From Rickettsiales bacterium (GTDB lineage Bacteria > Pseudomonadota > Alphaproteobacteria > Rickettsiales > Deianiraeaceae), in contig JAFSXL010000012.1 of assembly GCA_017444125.1 (NCBI GenBank), forward strand, positions 1 through 42,456: DNA of 42,456 nucleotides, given 5' to 3'. The number at the start of each line of letters is the position of its first letter. The first letter of the stretch is position 1. The translations under genes and the position numbers were made by a program. Shown piece after piece: positions 1-8,180 of this stretch. The notes below the pieces were generated by a model, which saw only the letters and a program-made list of their open reading frames with translations, was not told the DNA's origin and searched no databases.

Positions 1-1729
1 GGGCGGAAGTAGCTTCGTCAAGTATAACAATTGGCGCGTCCTTCACTATTGCACGCGCAATAGCTATTCTCTGTCTTTGTCCCAGCGACAACAATGAGCC
101 ACTGCACCCTACTTTTGCGTCAATACCTTTGCGCTCCTGTTCCAGGAAATTGATTTGTGCCAACTCAACAGCACGCTCCAATGTATCACTGTCAACTGTG
201 TTAGCTGCTGTGCCATATAATATATTATTACGAATTGTGTCATCAAACAGGAAGTTGTCCTGACCGATGTAAGCAATATTCTTCCGCAAATACTTCGTGC
301 TAATATCCTTGATGTCAACTCCATTGATTGAAATCTTTCCTTTGCTGTATTCATACAACTTCATCAGCAGGTTGACAAGCGTGGATTTTCCGCACCCAGA
401 TGACCCAACAAATGCAACCTTTGAATGTGGTTTTATTTCAATATTTATATCATTTAGCGTTGCAAATGTTTGATTTTGTTCTTCTTCCTCAAGGATTTTT
501 GCAATTTTATACTTTGACCTCTTCTTTTCATTGATATTTTTTGCCACTATTGCAAACGTATCATCTTTGTCTTCCGCTTCTTCCTCCTGTCTTTTGTCAT
601 CAGTACCAAGCACATCTTGTATTGTTTTTGGTTCGTAGTAATAATCAAAACAAACATTTTCAAATTTAATTGTTGCGTCCTCCATTTCAGGTTTTGAACC
701 ATCTATTAGTTCCTCAGTGCAGACATTGTCAGCAAAATCATAGATACGGTCAAGCGAATTCACACATTCCTGTATCTTTGCATTTATTCCCGACAGCGAC
801 TTTGTTGGTCTTAAAAACATTAGTAATGCCGTAAAGAATGAGAAAAACTTACCAACATCACATGTGCCATTGATAATTCTATATCCACCAATGAAAATCA
901 CCAGCGCAACGGATGTTCCGCTAACCATTTCCATTAGCGGTGAGCCCATGACTGAACGCCTTATAAAACTCAAACTTATTCTTGTCCTTTTGAGTAGCAA
1001 TCTACGCATATTACGCTCCTCAATGCGTTCAGCGTTGTATGATTTTATTGTCTTCAAGCCGTTAAACACATCGTTGAACTTGGCAGTGATGACTTGGGCA
1101 TTTTTCATTCCACTATTTGAATCTTGTTTGAGCTTTTTTGATAGCCGCGCTATTGGCATCAGGACAAATGGATAGAGGATAAACGCAACAACCGCAAGGA
1201 ACCAGTCATTGTAGAATACCACACCAAGGAGGAACGCGCAAATCAGCACATCGCGTAATGTCGTGACAAACAGCTCGCTGATGGAGTTTCCTACTCTGTT
1301 TATGTCATTCAGGAAGAGCGTCAGTAGTTTTCCGTTTGTCATTTTGTGTATTTCCTTCATTGGCAACTTGATGATTTTTGCAAACATGCTAACGCATAAA
1401 TCAGTCGTCACGAGCGTGCAAACACTTTTCAATATTATGTTTTGGATGTATGTGCTGACTGTTTTGACGAGATAAACGAATACTGTAAGCAAGCATATTG
1501 GCAGAAGCAAATCTGTTTCTTTGTTCAGGAATACTTTGTTGATTGTTGGGCCTACAATATATGCCACAACTGACGTGCAAACCGCAACGATAATCATTAA
1601 CAGCCCAGCAATAACAAGTCGTCCGAGATATTTCCTGACACTTTCTTTAAACAACCTTTTGAATGGTTTCAATGTTGCGATAAATCCTGGTTTTTGTTTT
1701 TTGTCATTTTTTTCCGACTTTTTTTTCAT
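1..1729 (-). CDS. ABC exporter with fused transmembrane and ATP-binding domains (MsbA/ABCB-like); 3' end runs off the left window edge
   Basis: Absent from the ORF track because no stop lies in the window. Manual minus-strand translation from the ATG at 1729 gives MKKKSEKNDKKQKPGFIATLKPFKRLF, followed by hydrophobic TM segments. In the same frame: Walker A VAFVGSSGCGKST (~380-418), ABC signature LSLGQRQRIAIARA and Walker B IVILDEATSA (~1-100). Confidence 0.85.
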   Translation of the reverse strand, partial: MKKKSEKNDKKQKPGFIATLKPFKRLFKESVRKYLGRLVIAGLLMIIVAVCTSVVAYIVGPTINKVFLNKETDLLLPICLLTVFVYLVKTVSTYIQNIILKSVCTLVTTDLCVSMFAKIIKLPMKEIHKMTNGKLLTLFLNDINRVGNSISELFVTTLRDVLICAFLLGVVFYNDWFLAVVAFILYPFVLMPIARLSKKLKQDSNSGMKNAQVITAKFNDVFNGLKTIKSYNAERIEERNMRRLLLKRTRISLSFIRRSVMGSPLMEMVSGTSVALVIFIGGYRIINGTCDVGKFFSFFTALLMFLRPTKSLSGINAKIQECVNSLDRIYDFADNVCTEELIDGSKPEMEDATIKFENVCFDYYYEPKTIQDVLGTDDKRQEEEAEDKDDTFAIVAKNINEKKRSKYKIAKILEEEEQNQTFATLNDINIEIKPHSKVAFVGSSGCGKSTLVNLLMKLYEYSKGKISINGVDIKDISTKYLRKNIAYIGQDNFLFDDTIRNNILYGTAANTVDSDTLERAVELAQINFLEQERKGIDAKVGCSGSLLSLGQRQRIAIARAIVKDAPIVILDEATSA

Positions 1730-1775
1730 ATTTCTGGCAGAATATACACCTATTTTTTAAAATTCAAGGTTTTTT

Positions 1776-1830
1776 GTTGCGTGGTGCGAAGCGAAATACA
1801 AACCGCGAGAACATGACCTCGGGCAGTACA
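1776..1830 (+). repeat. GC-rich palindromic intergenic element, short copy (R1)
   Basis: gttgcgtggtgcgaagcGAAATACAAACCGCGAGaacatgaCCTCGGGCagtacaaac. Shares both cores with the other copies. Lies between the slt stop (1833) and the ABC start (1729). Confidence 0.8.
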
Positions 1831-1832
1831 AA

Positions 1833-3863
1833 CTACTCACTCTCCACTGCCTCATAGACCATTTCAGAACCAAGAATATGTGTTGCATAGCTGCGAGTGA
1901 ATTCAAATGGTATTTTCTCAATCCAAGCCACAACTTCCTCATTGCTATCCATATTCCTCAAATCGCCGTTGCGAATAATCCACTTGTCAACATTAAGCGG
2001 CCCAGCATTATAAGCTGATAAAGCCAAGATTTTATGCCCGCCGTATCTATCCAACAAGCTGTCAATGTAGTACTTTCCAAAGCCGACATTATATTTTTCA
2101 TCAATCAACAAGCGGTTCAAGTCCAGTCGCACGCCCATTTCCTTCGCCAAGAAAGACGCCGTGGACGGCATAATCTGCATCAGTCCGCGTTCGCCCTTGC
2201 CACCAATGACTTTCTTGAAATTTGTCTCTTTTTTGATAATTGCATTGACCAAATTGTCGCTGTTTCCCTCACTTTGCGGGAAGCTCAAATGCTTTGTCGC
2301 GACATCACGGCGCAGTGCATACATCCCAGCCGTAATCGCACTTGAACGACTAAGTTCTTTCTCAAACACTTTCAGTGCCATATAAACCCTCTGGTCGGTG
2401 TTATCTCTGTTCTGGATGTAGCTAATCAGTATTGGCGACAGGTTTTTGATATATCCAAACTTCTGGTCCATGTATCCTGCCAAGAAGACAACGTCCCTGC
2501 AAAGCAAGCTTTTAGAGCCCTTGAACGAGGCAAACTTTCTGGTTATTTCCTTGACTGGGTCAAGCCCGAGCTCTTCTGCTGCAAGCTGGCCATACATTGT
2601 AAATACGTGCGTAGCGCTCTGTTCAAATGCCTGTTTGGCCGACTTTGAATTCCCCAAATGTTTGTGCGCTATACCAAGCCAGTAGGCCGCTTTGGCATTG
2701 CTCTCAGCGTATACCGAATTGTCCGTGGCATCTCCAAAATGGCGCGCCGCGTTTTTGAAATCAGCCCTGATATATGCCAGCAAACCAGCTAAAAATGCCT
2801 GTGTATAGAATGGTTCTCCGCGCAATTCACCCGCATTTGCGATGACTTCATATCCACCTTTGAGGTTGCTGTTTTTGTTGATCGCCTCCCTTGCAATGCG
2901 CGAACGATACTTTATCCACTGGGCTGGCAGGAATGTCGGATTGTGGTTCTCATTCAGCATTTTTATTAGATAATCATCAGAGTTTTTGTGCGTCCTTGTG
3001 TATCTATTCATGCAGTAAAGATCAATATATTCATCATAATGTGCCATTTTAACGCATTCATCATTGACTTGCGATGCCGTCATTCCAGACGAAATTGTCT
3101 TTGTTTTTTTGTTCTTGCCCTTGCCAACAGTTATAGTTTTTTCAGTCCTCTTATTCACTTTTTGATAGAACTCCAACAGCCTTTGCGCGTGTTCTTTTGA
3201 TGAAGATTTGCTCATCATGTCAATCACGCGATAGATGTTTGTCAGGTTGTTGTGATACAGTCGCAAGCGCACCTGATGCATCAGCAGGTCATCGTTCACC
3301 ATGCCTCTATGCATGCGCGCCAGCTCACTGATAATGTCATAATTTATTACCTCATAGCTCAGTGCCTTTCTGATGAAATCTTCCTTGAATTCGTCAGAAA
3401 AATCGTCCCAATCAACACGTTTATTTGTCAGTAAATTAACCTTTTCAATATCATTTAACCTCATTGTTGAGATATACTTTTCAAGCTCGCTCGTAGACAA
3501 TTTGTTATTGATTAAATAATTCAAAACCCTGTTCTTGAAGCCACTGATTTTTGCAACATTATCAAATCCGATTATGTCTATCGCATCGTCATTCATGTAA
3601 AATCCTGACTGCTTCATGTCGCGGTAGAAGAGTAGTAAATACATGGCTTTTCGGAGGCTTTCCGTTGGTAAATCATCTATTCTTGCTGGAATTGCGCGGC
3701 TGTTTCCCTCGCGCAGAATGTATTTTATATTGTCAATGTCATCGCCTTTTATGCCACATTCGCCGAAAAAATCTGCCTTGGAAATCTTTGTTTGCGAGAG
3801 GAGCACACATGCTGTTGTTAAAAACAAAAATAACCTCCCTGCCCTATTTATTTTTCCTACCAT
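1833..3863 (-). CDS. slt: Soluble lytic murein transglycosylase (Slt family)
   Basis: 676 aa. Hydrophobic N-terminal leader, long helical N-domain, and C-terminal SLT catalytic motifs (GERGLMQIMPSTA, LSAYNAGP). Confidence 0.8.
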   Translation of the reverse strand: MVGKINRAGRLFLFLTTACVLLSQTKISKADFFGECGIKGDDIDNIKYILREGNSRAIPARIDDLPTESLRKAMYLLLFYRDMKQSGFYMNDDAIDIIGFDNVAKISGFKNRVLNYLINNKLSTSELEKYISTMRLNDIEKVNLLTNKRVDWDDFSDEFKEDFIRKALSYEVINYDIISELARMHRGMVNDDLLMHQVRLRLYHNNLTNIYRVIDMMSKSSSKEHAQRLLEFYQKVNKRTEKTITVGKGKNKKTKTISSGMTASQVNDECVKMAHYDEYIDLYCMNRYTRTHKNSDDYLIKMLNENHNPTFLPAQWIKYRSRIAREAINKNSNLKGGYEVIANAGELRGEPFYTQAFLAGLLAYIRADFKNAARHFGDATDNSVYAESNAKAAYWLGIAHKHLGNSKSAKQAFEQSATHVFTMYGQLAAEELGLDPVKEITRKFASFKGSKSLLCRDVVFLAGYMDQKFGYIKNLSPILISYIQNRDNTDQRVYMALKVFEKELSRSSAITAGMYALRRDVATKHLSFPQSEGNSDNLVNAIIKKETNFKKVIGGKGERGLMQIMPSTASFLAKEMGVRLDLNRLLIDEKYNVGFGKYYIDSLLDRYGGHKILALSAYNAGPLNVDKWIIRNGDLRNMDSNEEVVAWIEKIPFEFTRSYATHILGSEMVYEAVESE

Positions 3864-3875
3864 TCTAAAACTACT

Positions 3876-4994
3876 TTACTTCCTTCGCAACAAAAATGAC
3901 ATCAATCCCTTTGACTTTTGAGCTTTTTTACTTGCTCCATGGCGCTTGATAAATCCTTGTATCATTGCATAACTTTTCACCCATTGGTTGTAATGCTCGC
4001 CCGGTGTGCCGATAATCTTTGAGCCATCTGGAAAGCTTTTTGAAATGTTGCTTGATGCATAAACAATGCACTGATTGCCAATTTTTATATGTCCTGCAAT
4101 GCCGACCTTGCCACCAATCATGCAGCCATAACCTATTGTCGTGCTGCCCGCAACCCCTGTGTGAGCCGCCATAACCGTGTGGTCGCCGACCGTGACGTTG
4201 TGCGCAATTTGCACCATGTTATCCAACTTCACATCATTTCCGATTGTCGTTGGCAGGAACATCCCTCTATCAATGCATGCGTTTGAGCCAATTTCCACAT
4301 CATTTCCGAGCTGCACAAAACTGAAATGATCCAGCTTTTCATTATGCATTATACGCTTGTCAAATGCAAAACCAAAACCATCCTGACCAATGACTACACC
4401 CGCATAAATATTGCATCTGTCGCCCATTATCGTATATTGAATTGATGCATTTGTTCCAATTACGCAATTTTCACCAATCTGACAGTTATTCCCAATCACA
4501 GCGCCTGCTTTTATCACCGTTCCAGCGCCTATCTTAGCACCACTACCGACACTTACAAAATCTTCAATCACGACATTTTCGCCAATTTCAACGCAATCAC
4601 CAATACTTGCAAATTTACCAATCTTCGCTGTTGATGCAATTTTACTGTCTCCTTTGGCAACTTTTTCAACCATCAACATCTTGCAAAGCCACATAAATGT
4701 TATGTATGGTTCCTCACTGATTATGGTTTTGATGTGCGCCGGCACAATATTCTTATGCTGTTTTTTCACAATTACATATGACGCCTTGGTGTTTTTTAGT
4801 GCCTCTACATACTTATTTCCTGATACCAACAATGTTGTGAAAAACGACAAATCGCCTTTCTCTGCGTGATCCAAATTGTTCAATCCATGAACACAAAAAT
4901 TATCGGGAATATCAGCTAAATCAGCATTTTTGTCGGCCTTCAAAACGTCAGCTTTAGTTATTCCTTCGGTTCGTTTGTGGTAAAAGGGGTTCAT
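3876..4994 (-). CDS. lpxD: UDP-3-O-acylglucosamine N-acyltransferase
   Basis: 372 aa. Long run of hexapeptide (left-handed beta-helix) repeats (IGxxVxIG...) after an LpxD-type N-domain. ATG at 4994. Confidence 0.9.
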   Translation of the reverse strand: MNPFYHKRTEGITKADVLKADKNADLADIPDNFCVHGLNNLDHAEKGDLSFFTTLLVSGNKYVEALKNTKASYVIVKKQHKNIVPAHIKTIISEEPYITFMWLCKMLMVEKVAKGDSKIASTAKIGKFASIGDCVEIGENVVIEDFVSVGSGAKIGAGTVIKAGAVIGNNCQIGENCVIGTNASIQYTIMGDRCNIYAGVVIGQDGFGFAFDKRIMHNEKLDHFSFVQLGNDVEIGSNACIDRGMFLPTTIGNDVKLDNMVQIAHNVTVGDHTVMAAHTGVAGSTTIGYGCMIGGKVGIAGHIKIGNQCIVYASSNISKSFPDGSKIIGTPGEHYNQWVKSYAMIQGFIKRHGASKKAQKSKGLMSFLLRRK

Positions 4995-5082
4995 AGCAAC
5001 AACATTTTATGCAAATTATAAATGTCAATTTGTTCCTTTTATTAGTGCGTAACGTACCAAAAATATTTTTATAAACTAATAG

Positions 5083-5110
5083 TTGACAATAATATATTTC
5101 AGTGTATTAT
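5083..5110 (+). promoter_or_regulatory. Candidate sigma70-type promoter (TTGACA-N16-TATTAT) upstream of the small Cys-rich ORF
   Basis: TTGACA at 5083-5088, 16-nt spacer, TATTAT at 5105-5110, then 13 nt to the ATG at 5124. No obvious Shine-Dalgarno sequence. Confidence 0.3.
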
Positions 5111-5123
5111 AAACTATTGGTTT

Positions 5124-5330
5124 ATGAAAAAAATAGTGTTTATTGGTTTCTGTGCTGTTTTCCTTTACCCACAAGACGACACAAGTAAAATAGCCCATGC
5201 GGCGTCTACGAGCTGGAACCCAGTTCAACGAGCATGCTACGACGAGTGCAAATTGCAGGGTAGATGTATCCACAAAACTGGCCAGGAATTACAAAGTTGT
5301 AGAAGTAATTGTGCTTTGAAGTGCGATTAA
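5124..5330 (+). CDS. Small secreted cysteine-rich protein (68 aa), function unknown
   Basis: Hydrophobic leader MKKIVFIGFCAVFLY. The mature part has 6 Cys in a CX3C...C / CX3CX3C arrangement (ACYDECKLQGRC...SCRSNCALKC). Confidence 0.45.
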   Translation: MKKIVFIGFCAVFLYPQDDTSKIAHAASTSWNPVQRACYDECKLQGRCIHKTGQELQSCRSNCALKCD

Positions 5331-5680
5331 TTCTTGTAAATTTTCCCCCTTTTACTTTATAAAATCAATGTGTAAAGCTGCGTATTTTCCAAATCAATGT
5401 ACTTTTCAATTATTGGTTAATGTTATAAATGTTACTTTTCTTTTTCAAGATAAAATGCTAAAAACCAATTTGTCAATTTTAATGGGTTGTCTTCAAAAAT
5501 TGTTCCTTTTCTTATTCAAAATTCACAATGAAACTTTGTAATAATCCGACTTTTGATTTGTTCTGCTGCAATTGCCAAACATAATTTCAACCTCTTGCGA
5601 AGAGATTAAAACATATTAATTATAATTATCAGGCATACTACTACCATTTTTTTCTTGATTTTTAAATTTCAAGTTCTTAA

Positions 5681-7009
5681 ATGAATAGATTTTATATGTT
5701 TTTTAAGAAGAAAAAAAACATTAATGACGATATTTTGAGCCAGATAAAAGAGAAGATAAGTGGCGAAAGTACTGACGTTAACGTTCAGGAAAACGACTTG
5801 CTCGGATCTCTAATGGACACATCCGATGGTGTCGTTATACAGCAAGAAAACGCAACACAAACAAACGAAGGTGATGAAAGTATTGATATTTTGAATAACA
5901 TGGTTGCCGATGTAATATCAAAAAACAACCAGGAACAGGCTGAAATAGAGGACATAGTTGAAGACGATATTTTAAATGACGACATATTGGATAGCACAAC
6001 AGACAATGCTTCACCAGCTACAACAGAGGCATCGGGACAACCAAATGCAAATGATGATGATTTATTGAATGATTTACTTGGTAATGCTCCTGCACAGTCA
6101 AACAATGAAAGTAAAGTAGCCACTGAAAATGCTGCAAAAGCTGATGAAAGTGTAGATGATTTGCTTGGCAATTTGCTTACAGATAAACCACATCAATCGG
6201 TCGCACCAATTCCAGTTTCTGAGGCCCAACAGACACAACAAATTGAGGAAGCAGAAAATTATGACGACCTTCTTGGGAAATTGCTTGACAATGACGACTC
6301 GAGTGCAAAAACAGAGCAAGAAGCAGCCGTTAAAGCAGAGGAAGAAAAATTCGATTCAAATTCGTTGCTTGACAATTTAATTAGTAAGGTGGATGAAAGT
6401 GTTTTAGAAGACAAACCCGTTGCAAAGCCAGCAGAGAATAATATTGAAGAGACAATCACAAATCAGTTTGTGCCTGTAAAGCAGACAATGGTGCATAAAG
6501 ATGATGTTCCAGAGGAGGTTGCAGTTGCTGATGATAAGTATGATATACAGTCTGATGATTTACTAAATAGTGTAATTGGCACAGCAAAAGATGAGAAATT
6601 GATAGAACAAGAGAAGGAGGTTCCTGCTTCGCAAATAGCAGATAAAATGGATGAATTGCTGGAAGAAGTGCCAAAAAAAGAAGAGAGAAATGAAGTTGTT
6701 TCTCCAAAAGCAATTGTAAAAGTTGAGACCAAACCAAAATCGCAGGTATCTTCAAAAATTGAAGAAGGTACTAAAAATGGCGTCAAACGCAGCATAACCG
6801 AGCTGATTGAAAATGTTAAAAACCAAATCATCTGTGAACGAGAAACAAGAACAGCACAAGCAAGCAGCAAGACACTTGAACAGGTTGTTGGCGACCTTAT
6901 TCAACCAAAGATTGTTGCCTTCTTAAATGAAAATTTGGAGCGCATCGTTGAAGATGTCGTTCACAGAGAAATCAACAAAATCATCAGAGGCATAGACGAG
7001 GAAAAATAA
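5681..7009 (+). CDS. popZ: PopZ-like pole-organizing protein (DUF2497), greatly expanded acidic repeat linker
   Basis: The N-terminal DDILSQIKEKISGE resembles the PopZ H1 motif (EEILASIRRII). The C-terminal TLEQVVGDLIQPKIVAFLNENLERIVEDVVHREINKIIRG matches the DUF2497/PopZ oligomerisation helices. 442 aa. Confidence 0.75.
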   Translation: MNRFYMFFKKKKNINDDILSQIKEKISGESTDVNVQENDLLGSLMDTSDGVVIQQENATQTNEGDESIDILNNMVADVISKNNQEQAEIEDIVEDDILNDDILDSTTDNASPATTEASGQPNANDDDLLNDLLGNAPAQSNNESKVATENAAKADESVDDLLGNLLTDKPHQSVAPIPVSEAQQTQQIEEAENYDDLLGKLLDNDDSSAKTEQEAAVKAEEEKFDSNSLLDNLISKVDESVLEDKPVAKPAENNIEETITNQFVPVKQTMVHKDDVPEEVAVADDKYDIQSDDLLNSVIGTAKDEKLIEQEKEVPASQIADKMDELLEEVPKKEERNEVVSPKAIVKVETKPKSQVSSKIEEGTKNGVKRSITELIENVKNQIICERETRTAQASSKTLEQVVGDLIQPKIVAFLNENLERIVEDVVHREINKIIRGIDEEK

Positions 7010-7417
7010 TCATCTGATATCAAGTATGATTGTGTATGTTCCGGTCCAAGCTGCATTTTTCAGATCTTCGTTTATTGTGAAATTTGCATCATAGATATCC
7101 ACCATTTCAAACGGCAGCTCGTGTGTATCACAATACGCCTCCAACTTGCTTGGTAAGTAGTTATAAAGTGCTTCAACAATATTCAAAAGCAGCACATTGT
7201 TTTTACCTTCCGTAGCCACAAAAAGCAACACAGTAACCCGTTGCAAATCCGCCGTCTCCTTGACGGGCGCAAAGTTCAACGCTAACAATTTTACATAAGG
7301 CATTTTCACACGCGCAGGCACCGAAGCATAAACATTGATGTCATTTTGTTGCAAAAACGCAATATTTTTGGCCGCCTGCACGACCATTCTCTGTATTTCT
7401 AAACTTTTAATTGTCAT
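7010..7417 (-). CDS. Phage/GTA tail-completion protein (DUF3168, RcGTA g8-like)
   Basis: 135 aa. Position and size fit g8 directly after g6/g7-like genes, with 3-nt spacers. Sequence style matches the HK97 gp10/DUF3168 family. Confidence 0.65.
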   Translation of the reverse strand: MTIKSLEIQRMVVQAAKNIAFLQQNDINVYASVPARVKMPYVKLLALNFAPVKETADLQRVTVLLFVATEGKNNVLLLNIVEALYNYLPSKLEAYCDTHELPFEMVDIYDANFTINEDLKNAAWTGTYTIILDIR

Positions 7418-7420
7418 AAA

Positions 7421-7762
7421 CTAATCATTTAAACTTACATCTAGCTCGCTTGCAAAAAATGTTAGCAACTCGCGTTCCTCGTTCAGGCACATGACGCTCA
7501 AAACCTTGAACACGCGCTCACCAAACAGTATCCGCTCGCACCCTTTCAGTTCCTCGTCAAAACGAACGACAATAGTGTAGGAAATTTCCACATCGTTTTT
7601 CATGCGTGCAATGTTCTGATTGTAGCCAGAAGGCTCTATTTTAGCCCACACGGTCTTCACATCGGCCCAGTTTGACACAATCTCACCGAATTCACCACTG
7701 GTTTGGATTTCTTTCTGAAAAGTAATCCTATGGTTGAAATTAAAAAACTCTCGGTTGCCCAT
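7421..7762 (-). CDS. Phage/GTA head-tail adaptor (head-closure, RcGTA g7-like)
   Basis: 113 aa. Pattern HRITFQ...GE....W......WAKIEP typical of SPP1 gp16/HK97 gp9-type head-tail joining proteins. Confidence 0.7.
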   Translation of the reverse strand: MGNREFFNFNHRITFQKEIQTSGEFGEIVSNWADVKTVWAKIEPSGYNQNIARMKNDVEISYTIVVRFDEELKGCERILFGERVFKVLSVMCLNEERELLTFFASELDVSLND

Positions 7763-7765
7763 AAA

Positions 7766-8077
7766 TTAATCACTCAAACCAATTCGCACACCGCGCCGCG
7801 TTTTGTATATCTCCATTGCCGCCTCTGGCACAAACGCATCGCCCTCTCTATTTTGATACATTGACGCCACATGATACAAAATGGCCTGCCTGATGTCCTC
7901 ACTAAATTCCTCGGCAGATACCAATTTTAGCCCACTTGCCTGCCGTGCAAAAATGGTCGCACTCTCCACCGCATGCGCCAAAAAGCCATCATCCAAGTCA
8001 TTGTCAATCCGCAAATAATTCTTCACAAACGACAACGGCATGACCGCATTTAAATCAAAAGTTTGTTCGTCACTCAT
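7766..8077 (-). CDS. Phage/GTA head-tail connector (gp6-like, RcGTA g6-like)
   Basis: 103 aa. LSFVKNYLRIDNDLDDGFLAHAVESA matches the gp6-like 'hLRvd...dD..i..li.aA' signature. Confidence 0.7.
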   Translation of the reverse strand: MSDEQTFDLNAVMPLSFVKNYLRIDNDLDDGFLAHAVESATIFARQASGLKLVSAEEFSEDIRQAILYHVASMYQNREGDAFVPEAAMEIYKTRRGVRIGLSD

Positions 8078-8180
8078 AAATCAATCAAACGTTTATCTAC
8101 CAGCCATGTGAAATTGGGAAGAGGGAAATTTGATGCTGTTGAAAGTTAAAATTTGTATTCTATTGGTACACTAAATTAGT

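Noticed and set aside
5331-5680. The 350-bp AT-rich gene-free region upstream of popZ, examined for an sRNA, DnaA boxes or CtrA (TTAA-N7-TTAA) sites.
   Set aside because: I found only a TTAA-N6-TTAA near 5607-5622 (wrong spacing), a duplicated AAATCAATGT (~5364 and ~5391) and a weak 5-bp hairpin (ctctt-gcg-aagag, ~5593). Nothing here meets a recognised consensus.
5785-6870. Minus-strand ORFs (128, 135, 99 aa and others) overlapping the popZ-like gene.
   Set aside because: They are Ser/Phe-rich antisense translations of an acidic GAN/GAA-rich coding region. The plus-strand gene has recognisable DUF2497 termini.
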